Part shown: piece after piece, positions 31,328-40,849 of the stretch
How the letters are laid out: each line of letters opens with the position of its first letter
Numbering within the stretch: the first letter of the stretch is position 1
Assembly (NCBI GenBank): GCA_050303615.1
Contig: JBNLCC010000119.1
Location: 9,812 to 73,811 of the forward strand
Origin: Methylococcaceae bacterium
GTDB taxonomy: Bacteria > Pseudomonadota > Gammaproteobacteria > Methylococcales > Methylomonadaceae
Direction of reading: 5' to 3'
DNA: 64,000 nucleotides
The notes under the pieces: generated by a model
Database searches by the model: none
What the model saw: the letters and a program-made list of their open reading frames with translations, nothing else
What the model was told of the DNA's origin: nothing
Position numbers and translations under genes: made by a program

Positions 31328-32419
31328 ATGACACAAAAAAAGGACAGCATTCAATCTGTTTTCCGCAAGGAAGTGCTTGCCATGTCTGCGTACCATGTTG
31401 CTGAAGCCAAGGACCTGATCAAACTCGATGCAATGGAAAATCCTTATAATTGGCCGGAAAACATCACCGGGCAATGGCTGGAAAAACTACGCGGTTGCCA
31501 ATTAAACCGCTATCCCGACCCCGATGCAAAGCAACTGACCGCCACCCTGAGAAGAATCAACAATATTGCCGACAACAATGCCATTTTATTGGGCAACGGT
31601 TCCGATGAAATTATCCAACTGCTGCTAATGGCCATCCCCGGTAACTCGACTGTCCTGTCACCGGATCCGGGTTTTGTCATGTATCGGCAAATTGCCCGGT
31701 GCCTTGGATTGAATTATCAAGGCATCCCGCTGCTTAAAAACAGTTTTGATTTGGACATGGCTGCGATGCAGGAAGCCATAATGCGCCATCAACCGGCAAT
31801 CATTTTTTTGGCTTACCCCAATAACCCGACCGGCAATCTGTTCAGCAAGTCATCTATTTTGCGCATTTTGCAGATGGCCCCCGGTCTGGTGATACTGGAT
31901 GAAGCCTATGCGCCTTTTGCCAATGACAGTTTTCTCGGAGCGGTTAACGAGCATGAACGGTTATTGGTCATGCGCACCGTTTCGAAACTGGGCTTGGCAG
32001 GGCTACGCTTGGGTTACCTGGTGGGTAATCCGGCACTGATTACGCAACTCAATAAAATCCGCCTACCCTATAATATTAATATATTGACTCAAATCAGCGC
32101 GGATTTCGCTTTATCCAACAGGGATCTTTTCGAGCAACAGACTCAAAGCATCTGTGCCGAAAGGGAATGGCTGTTCGAACAACTCAATGCGCAGCCAGGA
32201 ATCACCGCTTACCCCAGCTCGGCAAATTTCATATTGTTCCACAGCGCGCAACATGCTGCGGATAAACTATACACTGATTTGAAGGCGCAAGGTATTCTGA
32301 TAAAAAACACCTCGCCGCAAGGCGGGTTGTTGACCGGCTGTTTGCGCGTAACAATAGGCAAACCGGAAGAAAACAGACTTTTCATCACGGCATTACAAAA
32401 CAGTCTGACAAATCATTGA
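31328..32419 (+). CDS. hisC: Histidinol-phosphate aminotransferase HisC
   Basis: I chose the start MTQKKDS at 31328. It has the class-II aminotransferase pattern with the PLP lysine in RTVSKLGLAGLRLGY. Confidence 0.9.
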   Translation: MTQKKDSIQSVFRKEVLAMSAYHVAEAKDLIKLDAMENPYNWPENITGQWLEKLRGCQLNRYPDPDAKQLTATLRRINNIADNNAILLGNGSDEIIQLLLMAIPGNSTVLSPDPGFVMYRQIARCLGLNYQGIPLLKNSFDLDMAAMQEAIMRHQPAIIFLAYPNNPTGNLFSKSSILRILQMAPGLVILDEAYAPFANDSFLGAVNEHERLLVMRTVSKLGLAGLRLGYLVGNPALITQLNKIRLPYNINILTQISADFALSNRDLFEQQTQSICAEREWLFEQLNAQPGITAYPSSANFILFHSAQHAADKLYTDLKAQGILIKNTSPQGGLLTGCLRVTIGKPEENRLFITALQNSLTNH

Positions 32420-32664
32420 ACCGATTCGTTAAATAATATATTTGTTTCAAGCAAATAGACATTGCCTGAACTTTACAACTTGGGAGCACATACGGCATCA
32501 ACACTTTATAAGATAAGGCTGAAAACCGGCCGGACTAGCCATCTGTTTGATTATAAAGTAAATTAATAACCAATAATTACGTACTTCCATTATTAATGGT
32601 ATATTGCTCATTACAAAAAAGACGTGTAATAAGAAACATACCAATCCAATCAGGAGTTTTGCAC

Positions 32665-33264
32665 ATGAATAATAAAGGCGTCGATCAATCAAAACGCCAG
32701 TTTCTGACTTCGGCCCTGACCGTTGTCGGAGCAGTCGGTACGGGGTTCGTTGCCGTTCCCTTTCTCGCTCAAATGCAACCCAGCGTCAAAACGGAAGCCG
32801 CCGGTGCCCCCGTGGAAATTGACATCAGCAAAATCGAAAACGGCCAATTGATTCGCGCCGAGTGGCGCGGCAAACCGGTGTGGGTACTGAAACGTACTGA
32901 AACGGTTTTGGAAACACTAAAAGAGCTTGACGACCAGTTGGCAGATCCGCAATCCAACGAATCAAAACAGCCTTCCTACAGTAAAAATCCCGTTCGTTCA
33001 ATTAAACCGGAAATCTTTATTGCCATCGGACTTTGTACCCATTTAGGCTGTTCCCCGACCTTTCGTCCTGAAGTGGCTCCGCCGGATCTGGGGCCAAAAT
33101 GGAAAGGCGGTTTCTTTTGTCCTTGCCATGGCTCCTGGTTTGACTTGGCCGGCAGAGTATTTCGCGGTGTGCCGGCTCCGACCAACCTGGAAATTCCGCC
33201 TCACCGCTATATTACCGAAACACGCATCCTTATCGGAGAAGATCAACAGGAGCAAAGCGCATGA
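32665..33264 (+). CDS. petA: Ubiquinol-cytochrome c reductase Rieske iron-sulfur subunit
   Basis: I chose the start MNNKGVDQSKRQFL (Tat-like) at 32665, preceded by AGGAG. The Rieske boxes are CTHLGC and CPCHGS. Confidence 0.95.
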   Translation: MNNKGVDQSKRQFLTSALTVVGAVGTGFVAVPFLAQMQPSVKTEAAGAPVEIDISKIENGQLIRAEWRGKPVWVLKRTETVLETLKELDDQLADPQSNESKQPSYSKNPVRSIKPEIFIAIGLCTHLGCSPTFRPEVAPPDLGPKWKGGFFCPCHGSWFDLAGRVFRGVPAPTNLEIPPHRYITETRILIGEDQQEQSA

Positions 33265-34661
33265 AACCAAACCGCTTTACAATTTGCTCAAACTGGGTTT
33301 TGGAGCGTTTCCCGCTGTCAAAAATCTGGCAAGAGCACATGTCCCACTATTATGCGCCGAAAAACTTCAATTTCTGGTATTTCTTCGGATCGCTCGCCCT
33401 GCTGGTATTGGTCATCCAGCTGATCACCGGAATTTTATTGACCATGAACTACAAACCGGACGCCGGTCTCGCCTTTGAATCAGTCGAATATATCATGCGC
33501 GAAGTCAAATGGGGCTGGCTGGTACGTTATATGCATTCGACCGGCGCTTCAGCCTTTTTCATCGTGATTTACCTACACATGTTCAGAGGCTTGATTTACG
33601 GTTCTTTCAAACATCCCCGGGAGCTGATCTGGATATTCGGCATGTTTATTTATGTCTGCCTGATGGCGGAAGCATTCATGGGCTACTTGCTGCCTTGGGG
33701 ACAAATGTCCTATTGGGGAGCACAGGTCATCATTTCGCTGTTCAGCGCGATCCCGTTCGTAGGTGATGAATTATCGTTATGGATCAGGGGCGATTATGTT
33801 ATTTCGGATGCAACCTTAAACCGCTTCTTCGCTTTCCATGTCATTGCCGTACCTCTGGTGCTGGTTTTACTGGTTTTACTGCACATCATCGCCCTGCATG
33901 AAGTCGGCTCCAACAACCCGGACGGCGTGGAAATCAAGGAAACCAAAGACCCCTGGGGCGTGCCTATCGACGGCATTCCTTTGCATCCCTATTACACTGT
34001 CAAGGATATATTCGCAGTCGGTGTTTTCCTGTTCTTTTTTGCCGCGGTCATTTTTTACATGCCTGAAATGGGCGGATATTTTCTCGAACACGCAAATTTC
34101 ATACCCGCCGACCCGTTGAAGACACCGGAACACATTGCGCCGGTATGGTATTTCACGCCTTTTTATGCCATTTTAAGGGCAATACCCGACAAATTCGCCG
34201 GCGTAATCGGCATGGGCAGCGCAATTTTCGTGCTATTTCTGTTGCCTTGGCTCGACCGCACAAAAACCAAATCTATTCGCTACCGCGGCGGTATTTATAA
34301 AAAAGCCGTGTTGCTGTTCGTTATCAGCTTTGTCGGCTTAGGCTACCTGGGCACCCAACCGGCGACCCCCACTGCCACAGTAATTGCCAGAATTCTGACC
34401 GTCATCTATTTCGGATTTTTCTTATTGATGCCGATCTATACCCGCTGGGAAAAGCTGAAACAAGTTCCGTCGAGAGTCAGGCATCAACCATCATTTGAGG
34501 AACGCATCCCGGCGATAAAGGATACTTTCGATGAAATGACGCTTAAAAATCCGATCACGACCAAAAGCGGCAAAATCATTCTGCCAAGAAGACCCAATCC
34601 AGCAGGTATTCTCAACGTTGCCATTAAACTAGCCAAAAAAACCAAAGACAGCCTTGATTAA
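33261..34661 (+). CDS. petB: Cytochrome b (bc1 complex) with about 60-aa C-terminal extension
   Basis: 466 aa. It has conserved heme-ligand regions (YMHSTGASAFF, FAFHVIAVPLVL) and the PEWY-like motif PEHIAPVWYF. Confidence 0.95.
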   Translation: MKPNRFTICSNWVLERFPLSKIWQEHMSHYYAPKNFNFWYFFGSLALLVLVIQLITGILLTMNYKPDAGLAFESVEYIMREVKWGWLVRYMHSTGASAFFIVIYLHMFRGLIYGSFKHPRELIWIFGMFIYVCLMAEAFMGYLLPWGQMSYWGAQVIISLFSAIPFVGDELSLWIRGDYVISDATLNRFFAFHVIAVPLVLVLLVLLHIIALHEVGSNNPDGVEIKETKDPWGVPIDGIPLHPYYTVKDIFAVGVFLFFFAAVIFYMPEMGGYFLEHANFIPADPLKTPEHIAPVWYFTPFYAILRAIPDKFAGVIGMGSAIFVLFLLPWLDRTKTKSIRYRGGIYKKAVLLFVISFVGLGYLGTQPATPTATVIARILTVIYFGFFLLMPIYTRWEKLKQVPSRVRHQPSFEERIPAIKDTFDEMTLKNPITTKSGKIILPRRPNPAGILNVAIKLAKKTKDSLD

Positions 34662-35385
34662 TATGAAAAGTTTAGCTCGCATTTTTTTATTATTACTGCT
34701 GCCTTTCGCCGCTATGGCGTCCGGCGGTATGCCATTGCAGGAAGCCAGTATCGATCTTACCGACAATGCGTCGCTCCGGCGCGGTGCAAAACATTATGTA
34801 ACTTATTGTCTTGGCTGTCACTCGGCCCAACACATCCGCTATCTTAATATCGCCCATAACTTCGACACCACGGAAGAAAAAGTTCTGGCCGAGATCGCAC
34901 CCGAAGGAGCGGGAATTTATGACAAACTGCTTAGCGCAATGAACGAACATGATGCGAATAGATGGTTCGGCACCAATCCGCCCGACCTGTCGCTGATTGC
35001 ACGGTCACGCGGTCCCGACTGGCTGTACAGCTATTTAAAGGGTTTTTATGTCGACCCGGGCAAGCCTTTAGGCACCAATAATGCCGTATTCAAAGATGTC
35101 GGCATGCCCAATGTTCTATGGCAAATACAAGGATTGCAAAAGCCGCTTTTTAAAAAGGAAAACGGACAAAAGATTATTGACAAACTTATTGCGATAGAAC
35201 CCGGTACAATGAGTCCTGACGAATTCGATCAATTTGTCAATGATTTGGTCACTTTTTTGGTTTATGTTGGTGAGCCTCACCAACTTGAACGAGTGCGTAT
35301 GGGCAAATACGTGCTACTGTTCATTTTTATGTTTATCGTCATCGCTTATCTTCTCAAAAAAGAATATTGGAAGGATGTACACTAA
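34654..35385 (+). CDS. petC: Cytochrome c1
   Basis: 243 aa with a signal peptide, the heme motif CLGCHS and a C-terminal TM anchor. Confidence 0.9.
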   Translation: MINMKSLARIFLLLLLPFAAMASGGMPLQEASIDLTDNASLRRGAKHYVTYCLGCHSAQHIRYLNIAHNFDTTEEKVLAEIAPEGAGIYDKLLSAMNEHDANRWFGTNPPDLSLIARSRGPDWLYSYLKGFYVDPGKPLGTNNAVFKDVGMPNVLWQIQGLQKPLFKKENGQKIIDKLIAIEPGTMSPDEFDQFVNDLVTFLVYVGEPHQLERVRMGKYVLLFIFMFIVIAYLLKKEYWKDVH

Positions 35386-35662
35386 ATCAACTGCTTGATA
35401 ATTACCGCTGAAGGAACAATATTTATTCAGCCGTGTTGCCGTAAATAAATAAAGTCTTTACGATATCACTTGCAAACGGTTGAACCGCTCAAGTTTTTCG
35501 CTTCCGGAAAATAAGGATATTTTCCGGATAACCACGCAAACGGAGGAATAATTTAAAACCCATGTTAATCTGCCGAAACAAAGGTAAATTGCTCGATTTG
35601 CCTGCGTTTTATTGTGTTTTCCCAACATATCTTACTCATATCCCAACAAACATAGCCGCCCA

Positions 35663-35671
35663 TGGTATAAT
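35663..35671 (+). promoter_or_regulatory. Extended -10 promoter candidate for sspAB
   Basis: TGgTATAAT lies 43 nt upstream of the sspA GTG start. There is no convincing -35 element. Confidence 0.35.
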
Positions 35672-35713
35672 AATTAGCTTATCCGCTGAATATCCCGATA
35701 GAGGCAATGTTTC

Positions 35714-36349
35714 GTGGCTAATCTTAATACCCGCAAATTTGTTATGAAACTATATTCTTCTGCTACCTGTGCAATGAGTCATTGTGCTCGTTTTGTATTA
35801 AACGAAAAGAAAGTTGCTGCGGAAATTGAATATTATGATCCGTCCGACCCTCCCGAGGATTTACTTGAATTAAATCCCAACGGTACATCGCCGACATTAA
35901 TTGAACGTGATCTGGTTCTTTATGATTCCCGCATCATCATGGAATACCTCGACGAACGTTTTCCTCATCCGCCGTTACACCAAATGGACCCCGTATCGCG
36001 CGCCAACGATAGAATGCTGATCAAACGTATCGATCAGGATTGGTATGTGCTGCTAGATGAAATATTAAATTCCGGTGAGAAAAAGTCGGCGCGCGCTAAA
36101 AAAATGCTAAAAGAGAGTCTATTATCCGCTGTCCCGATTTTCGACTCCCGGGCTTATTTTATGAGTGACGAATTTTCATTAATTGACTGCGCGCTGGCTC
36201 CGTTACTTTGGCGCTTGCCCAGTGTCGGCATTGACCTGCCCAAGCAGGCGGTGGCTATTAAGAACTACACCGACCGGATCTTTAAACGGGCCGCTTTTAA
36301 AGCGAGTCTTAGCGACGCTGAAAAAGAGATGGCTGAACTCCCTAAATGA
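35714..36349 (+). CDS. sspA: Stringent starvation protein A
   Basis: 211 aa with a GTG start. It is collinear with E. coli SspA (…RIIMEYLDERFPHPPL…, FSLIDCALAPLLWRLP). Confidence 0.93.
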   Translation: MANLNTRKFVMKLYSSATCAMSHCARFVLNEKKVAAEIEYYDPSDPPEDLLELNPNGTSPTLIERDLVLYDSRIIMEYLDERFPHPPLHQMDPVSRANDRMLIKRIDQDWYVLLDEILNSGEKKSARAKKMLKESLLSAVPIFDSRAYFMSDEFSLIDCALAPLLWRLPSVGIDLPKQAVAIKNYTDRIFKRAAFKASLSDAEKEMAELPK

Positions 36350-36723
36350 CTCCACTAAAACCTTACCTGATCCGCTCCATTTACGAATGGATACTTGACA
36401 ACCAAATGACACCGCATCTTTTAGTGGATGCGGAAAACACCGGAACCGTACTACCCCGGACATTCATTGAGGACGGTAAAATTGTCTTGAACATACGCCC
36501 TGAAGCCGTGCAGGGCCTATCATTGGGAAATGACGAAATAGAATTTAACGCCCGCTTCGGCGGTAAACCGATGCATATCATCGTTCCCTTGTCTGCAGTG
36601 ATGGCGATTTTTACCAAAGAAAACGGCAAGGGCATGTTTTTTGACAATGATCAAAACGAAGAACCCACGCCTCCGCCTGACAATAAGCCGACAACCAAAC
36701 CCAAGTTACACGTTGTAAAATAA
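36346..36723 (+). CDS. sspB: Stringent starvation protein B (ClpXP adaptor)
   Basis: 125 aa. It has PYLIRSIYEWILDNQMTPHLLVD and the C-terminal tail KPKLHVVK. Confidence 0.9.
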   Translation: MTPLKPYLIRSIYEWILDNQMTPHLLVDAENTGTVLPRTFIEDGKIVLNIRPEAVQGLSLGNDEIEFNARFGGKPMHIIVPLSAVMAIFTKENGKGMFFDNDQNEEPTPPPDNKPTTKPKLHVVK

Positions 36724-36807
36724 CTCCGATGGAAACAGGCTTAATTTAGAGGGTTTAGGAGCAAATCGCGCATCACGGCAAGTCCCAGCAACATTTGAAG
36801 GGCCGGA

Positions 36808-38553
36808 ATGAAAACATACTATCTCGGTTTATCGGTTACTTACCATGATCCGGCTCTAGCAATTATCAATGAACAGGGAGAAGTGCTGTATGCGGAAGCG
36901 ACCGAACGTTGTCTGCAAAATAAACGCGCGTTGAACTGCGCGCCGGACCAATTACTGCATATCGCCGGTATTTTAGAGACGTATTGCCCTGATCCCGGCG
37001 AGTTTGTCGTTAGCATTAACTGGCTGAAAAAACGCCCCTTGTATGAAACAGTCGTCGCCCGTTTGGGTTATTTATCGGCCCCTGGGTTGTTGAAACCCGG
37101 CTTCAAACGGCTGCGTTCGCCGCTGGAAAATTACCAGTTGCACCATATGATTGCCTGCCAGCGCAACAGCATCGTCACCGCCGGCATCAACCTGGTCCGG
37201 AAAGTCCGCGAACTTTATCCTCGATGCAAGATTCGCTTTGCCGATTTTGCTCATCATCTGACTCATGCTGCAACGGCCTGTTATAGCAGCCCTTTCGAGC
37301 ATGCAGCCTGTGCGGTTGTCGATTCCTTCGGTGAAAACGGTTCAATGGCTTTTTACCGTTACCGCAACCGGCGCCTGCAGTTACTGCATGAAACCAAGGG
37401 CACCGGCAGCCTGGGGTTTTATTATATGAAAATTACCGAACTATGCGGCTTTGACTGGCTAAAAGGCGAGGAATGGAAAGTCATGGGACTTGCCCCCTAC
37501 GGCAGACTCAATCAAGCGCTTTACCGCTTGCTGCAATCGACAATTACCGTCGACGGCTTGCACTGCAGCCATCCGGGAAAAAGCCTGTTCGACAATATCG
37601 AGGCGTTGCGGCAATTCCAAAATAACCAGGATAGCCCGATACAATCAGCCGCCAACCTGGCTTATACTGGCCAATTTTTCTTTGCCGAGTTAATGACACG
37701 CTTATTGCAGCACCTCTATAAGGTCAGTGGTTCCGATTACCTGACCCTGGCCGGCGGATGTGCTTTAAATTCCTCGTTCAGCGGACAAATCACCGGCCGC
37801 ACCAGCTTTAAACGGGTATTCATACCTTCCGCGCCGGCCGATGACGGTACGGCGTTGGGTGCAGCATGGCTCGGGTTTTACCGTGATTTTCCCGATTTTC
37901 CGGGACCGGCCAAATTATTATCGCCCTATACCGGTTCAACGATATCGGAATCGGCAATAACAAGATTGATCACCTTTAACGGCTCGCTAAAAATCCGCCA
38001 TTTGCCCGGCGAAATCTGCACGGAAACCGCCGGCAGGCTGGCCAGGGGCCAGCTTATCGGCTGGATCCAGGGCCGCGCCGAATACGGACCGCGCGCCTTG
38101 GGCAACAGGTCCATCCTGGCGGACCCACGCCATGCAGTAACCAAGGATCAAATCAACCAAAAAATTAAATTCCGCGAAACCTTTCGACCGTTTGCTCCCG
38201 CGATTTTGCATCAATACGGTGACGAATATTTTGAAAATTACCAGGAGTCGCCGTACATGGACAAAACACTGTCGATCAGGTCCGAAAAACGCAAGACAAT
38301 CGCCGCAGTCTGCCATGTCGATGGAACCGGGCGCCTGCAAACTGTCAAAAAAGAATGGAACCCGCGCTTTTATCATTTGATCGACAGCTTTTATCGAATC
38401 ACCGCTGTGCCGGTGCTGTTGAACACCAGCTTCAATATCATGGGCAAACCGTTGGTTCATTCTTTGGAAGATGCCGTCAGCGTATTTTTAACCACCGGCC
38501 TGGATGCGTTGGTCATCGAAGATTATTTGATATGTAAACCCGGGAATGAATAA
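36808..38553 (+). CDS. NodU/CmcH/TobZ-family carbamoyltransferase
   Basis: 581 aa. It has an ASKHA/Kae1-like N-domain (YLGLSVTYHDPALAII, metal motif HHLTHAA, LAGGCALNS) and C-domain motifs YGPRALGNRSILADP and NTSFNIMGKPLV. Confidence 0.85.
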   Translation: MKTYYLGLSVTYHDPALAIINEQGEVLYAEATERCLQNKRALNCAPDQLLHIAGILETYCPDPGEFVVSINWLKKRPLYETVVARLGYLSAPGLLKPGFKRLRSPLENYQLHHMIACQRNSIVTAGINLVRKVRELYPRCKIRFADFAHHLTHAATACYSSPFEHAACAVVDSFGENGSMAFYRYRNRRLQLLHETKGTGSLGFYYMKITELCGFDWLKGEEWKVMGLAPYGRLNQALYRLLQSTITVDGLHCSHPGKSLFDNIEALRQFQNNQDSPIQSAANLAYTGQFFFAELMTRLLQHLYKVSGSDYLTLAGGCALNSSFSGQITGRTSFKRVFIPSAPADDGTALGAAWLGFYRDFPDFPGPAKLLSPYTGSTISESAITRLITFNGSLKIRHLPGEICTETAGRLARGQLIGWIQGRAEYGPRALGNRSILADPRHAVTKDQINQKIKFRETFRPFAPAILHQYGDEYFENYQESPYMDKTLSIRSEKRKTIAAVCHVDGTGRLQTVKKEWNPRFYHLIDSFYRITAVPVLLNTSFNIMGKPLVHSLEDAVSVFLTTGLDALVIEDYLICKPGNE

Positions 38554-40738
38554 ATCCGCACATCCTTTCGATCCTTCACTACAGCCGGTTTTTTTCCGGC
38601 AGATCGAAACCGCCGCCCGCAAATATCCGCCGGGCAGCCGTGATTTGTTCCACTATCTGATCGGCATCGACCGCCATTACGAAACGCTACCAATAGCATA
38701 CCGGTTCATAGAGCAACAGCTCAGCGCCGCCGCCCGGCAATACCGACCGAAGTTCACCGTCAAGTACCATCCCGGCCACATCCCTTTTCCGGCCGATCGG
38801 CAGGCGATTTCACCGGCAAATCACCAACAAAACCACAGCAACCTGCATTACTGTTTAATGCAAATCGCACCGGTTCAGTTGACCGAACCCTGTTGGCTGC
38901 AGAACATCTCGCAAAGTGCGACCAGCGCCAGCGATTTTGCGGTAAAACTGTTGTCTGTTTACCGGAACCTTAGCCAAGGCGGAAGCGGGACCCCCACTTT
39001 GGCGGAGTTGTATCAGGCACTGCTGTTAAAAGCCGGTATAACATTGCCCGCTATAAACAGCAAAGCCTTTTGCCGGCAACCGGAACTACTCGATTGTGTG
39101 TTTGATTATGCTGCTGTGCAGTTGGCTCTGGCCCATTTCCCGCGGGTATTTTTCCCCGAATTGCTGGGATTTACCTGGGCTCATTGCCAATCGGCAACAT
39201 TGTTTGAAGCCTTGTTTACGAATTTTCCGGCAAGCAACGATGACCTGACGGCGTTCTGCCGGAGCCGACATGCCCGGCTTAGCGCCCAACTGCCTTTAGT
39301 CATCGGACTAATCAAGGACTATCTAAGCTTATTCAAGGCGCAGCAGGAATCCTTGTGGTTCAGGATACAAAACGGCTATTACCTGCATCGGTGGCAAGCG
39401 GCAGTATGCTGCGGGCAGATTCAGCAACAATTGGACAAACCTCCCTCCGTACCGCAAACTCTGGCGAAAATCTTCGCCCAAAAAGCGTTTGCCGCTGTCG
39501 GTCACCACGGCACCGTCACCCTGGCGGGCAAAACCCTTGACCAGTGGTTTGCGGAAAGCCCATTCGACGCCGACAACTTCCTGCAGGCATTAAACCAGTC
39601 ATCCTACATCGACCATCGGCAACCCACAGCCAGCCGTCTACTGAGACTGTTCGATTTCAACGGACCGATGTTCGGCGTGCTCAACCAGAACGAAAGAAAA
39701 GTTCTGGAAACTTGGCTGGTATCCGGGAACGGCGAAGCAAACGTTGCAGCTGAACCGATTGCCCCACGGGCAAAATCGACTCCGGCGTTTCCGTCCGCAA
39801 CAGGCGGAACACCGCAAGAAACCGTTAATTTCGAGAAATTAACCAACAGAGCATTGTACTACTACCTGGTCAATGCCGACTTATTCCCGGATGTGTTGCC
39901 TACCGCCAAACGCAAAGCCGAAAACATACTACGCAACGCGAGATTCCTCAATCGCCCGCCTTTCGCCCGATACGATCAGCGCACTTTCGAAACACTGATT
40001 GAAATGCGCTATCAGCATGAAATCGACGCTTACCAACCGCTACAAGGAACACCGAAACTGTCTCGGCAAACCTACCGCTGGGGCATTGAACAATTTGCGC
40101 CGACGGTATTGACCGACGGTTGTTGGCTGCAATGCACCGAACAGTTACGGTATTGTTCTGGAAAACAGATTACCGACAGGTTATTCCGGATTTACTGTGA
40201 TGAAGCAGGGAACGGCATCTTACAGCAAAATCATCCTTATATTTACCAACAATTGCTGCATAGCCTGCAAATAGAATTACCGCCGATTCACAGCCGGGAG
40301 TTCTGCGAATATGACGGGTTTATCGGCCATGCTTTCGATCTGCCGGCCTTTTTATTATCGATCTGCCGTTTCCCCGCCACCTACCTGCCGGAAATTCTGG
40401 GTCTGAACCTCGCCATCGAACTCAGCGGGTTAGGCAAAGTCTACCTGCGGCTCGCCGATGAATTAAAGTATTGGCGCATTGACCCGACCATCGTCAATAT
40501 CCACATATCGATCGATAACTATGCCTCGGGACACGCGGCGTTGGCCAAACAGGCGGTGGCATTATATCTGGACGACATTGGCGCGCGTTACGGCGATAAT
40601 GAAATGCAGCGCCACTGGCGTCGGATTCATACCGGCTACCGCTCATTGAAAACGGCCGGCGGTTTATTTTCCGCTGAGTTGCTCTACCGCTTTTTATTCA
40701 ACAAGCTGAAGAAGCTAAATCACGTTGGCATGCACTGA
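38546..40738 (+). CDS. Tandem heme-oxygenase-like di-iron ('iron-containing redox enzyme' family) protein; N-terminal copy degenerate
   Basis: 730 aa with two collinear repeats (aa about 100-290 and 510-705), each starting APxxLTxxCWLQ. Only the C-terminal copy keeps the carboxylate/His ligand pattern (CDEAGNG..NH, AIELSG, NIHISIDNYASGH). Confidence 0.65.
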   Translation: MNKSAHPFDPSLQPVFFRQIETAARKYPPGSRDLFHYLIGIDRHYETLPIAYRFIEQQLSAAARQYRPKFTVKYHPGHIPFPADRQAISPANHQQNHSNLHYCLMQIAPVQLTEPCWLQNISQSATSASDFAVKLLSVYRNLSQGGSGTPTLAELYQALLLKAGITLPAINSKAFCRQPELLDCVFDYAAVQLALAHFPRVFFPELLGFTWAHCQSATLFEALFTNFPASNDDLTAFCRSRHARLSAQLPLVIGLIKDYLSLFKAQQESLWFRIQNGYYLHRWQAAVCCGQIQQQLDKPPSVPQTLAKIFAQKAFAAVGHHGTVTLAGKTLDQWFAESPFDADNFLQALNQSSYIDHRQPTASRLLRLFDFNGPMFGVLNQNERKVLETWLVSGNGEANVAAEPIAPRAKSTPAFPSATGGTPQETVNFEKLTNRALYYYLVNADLFPDVLPTAKRKAENILRNARFLNRPPFARYDQRTFETLIEMRYQHEIDAYQPLQGTPKLSRQTYRWGIEQFAPTVLTDGCWLQCTEQLRYCSGKQITDRLFRIYCDEAGNGILQQNHPYIYQQLLHSLQIELPPIHSREFCEYDGFIGHAFDLPAFLLSICRFPATYLPEILGLNLAIELSGLGKVYLRLADELKYWRIDPTIVNIHISIDNYASGHAALAKQAVALYLDDIGARYGDNEMQRHWRRIHTGYRSLKTAGGLFSAELLYRFLFNKLKKLNHVGMH

Positions 40739-40849
40739 AGCACATCGCTCGCAGCCGCGGCAAACCACGGCGACCCAACACAAAATGGTCCGCCAAACCA
40801 AGGCAGTTGGTATATAATCGAAAATCCCGTTAAATTAATCACTGCGCCG

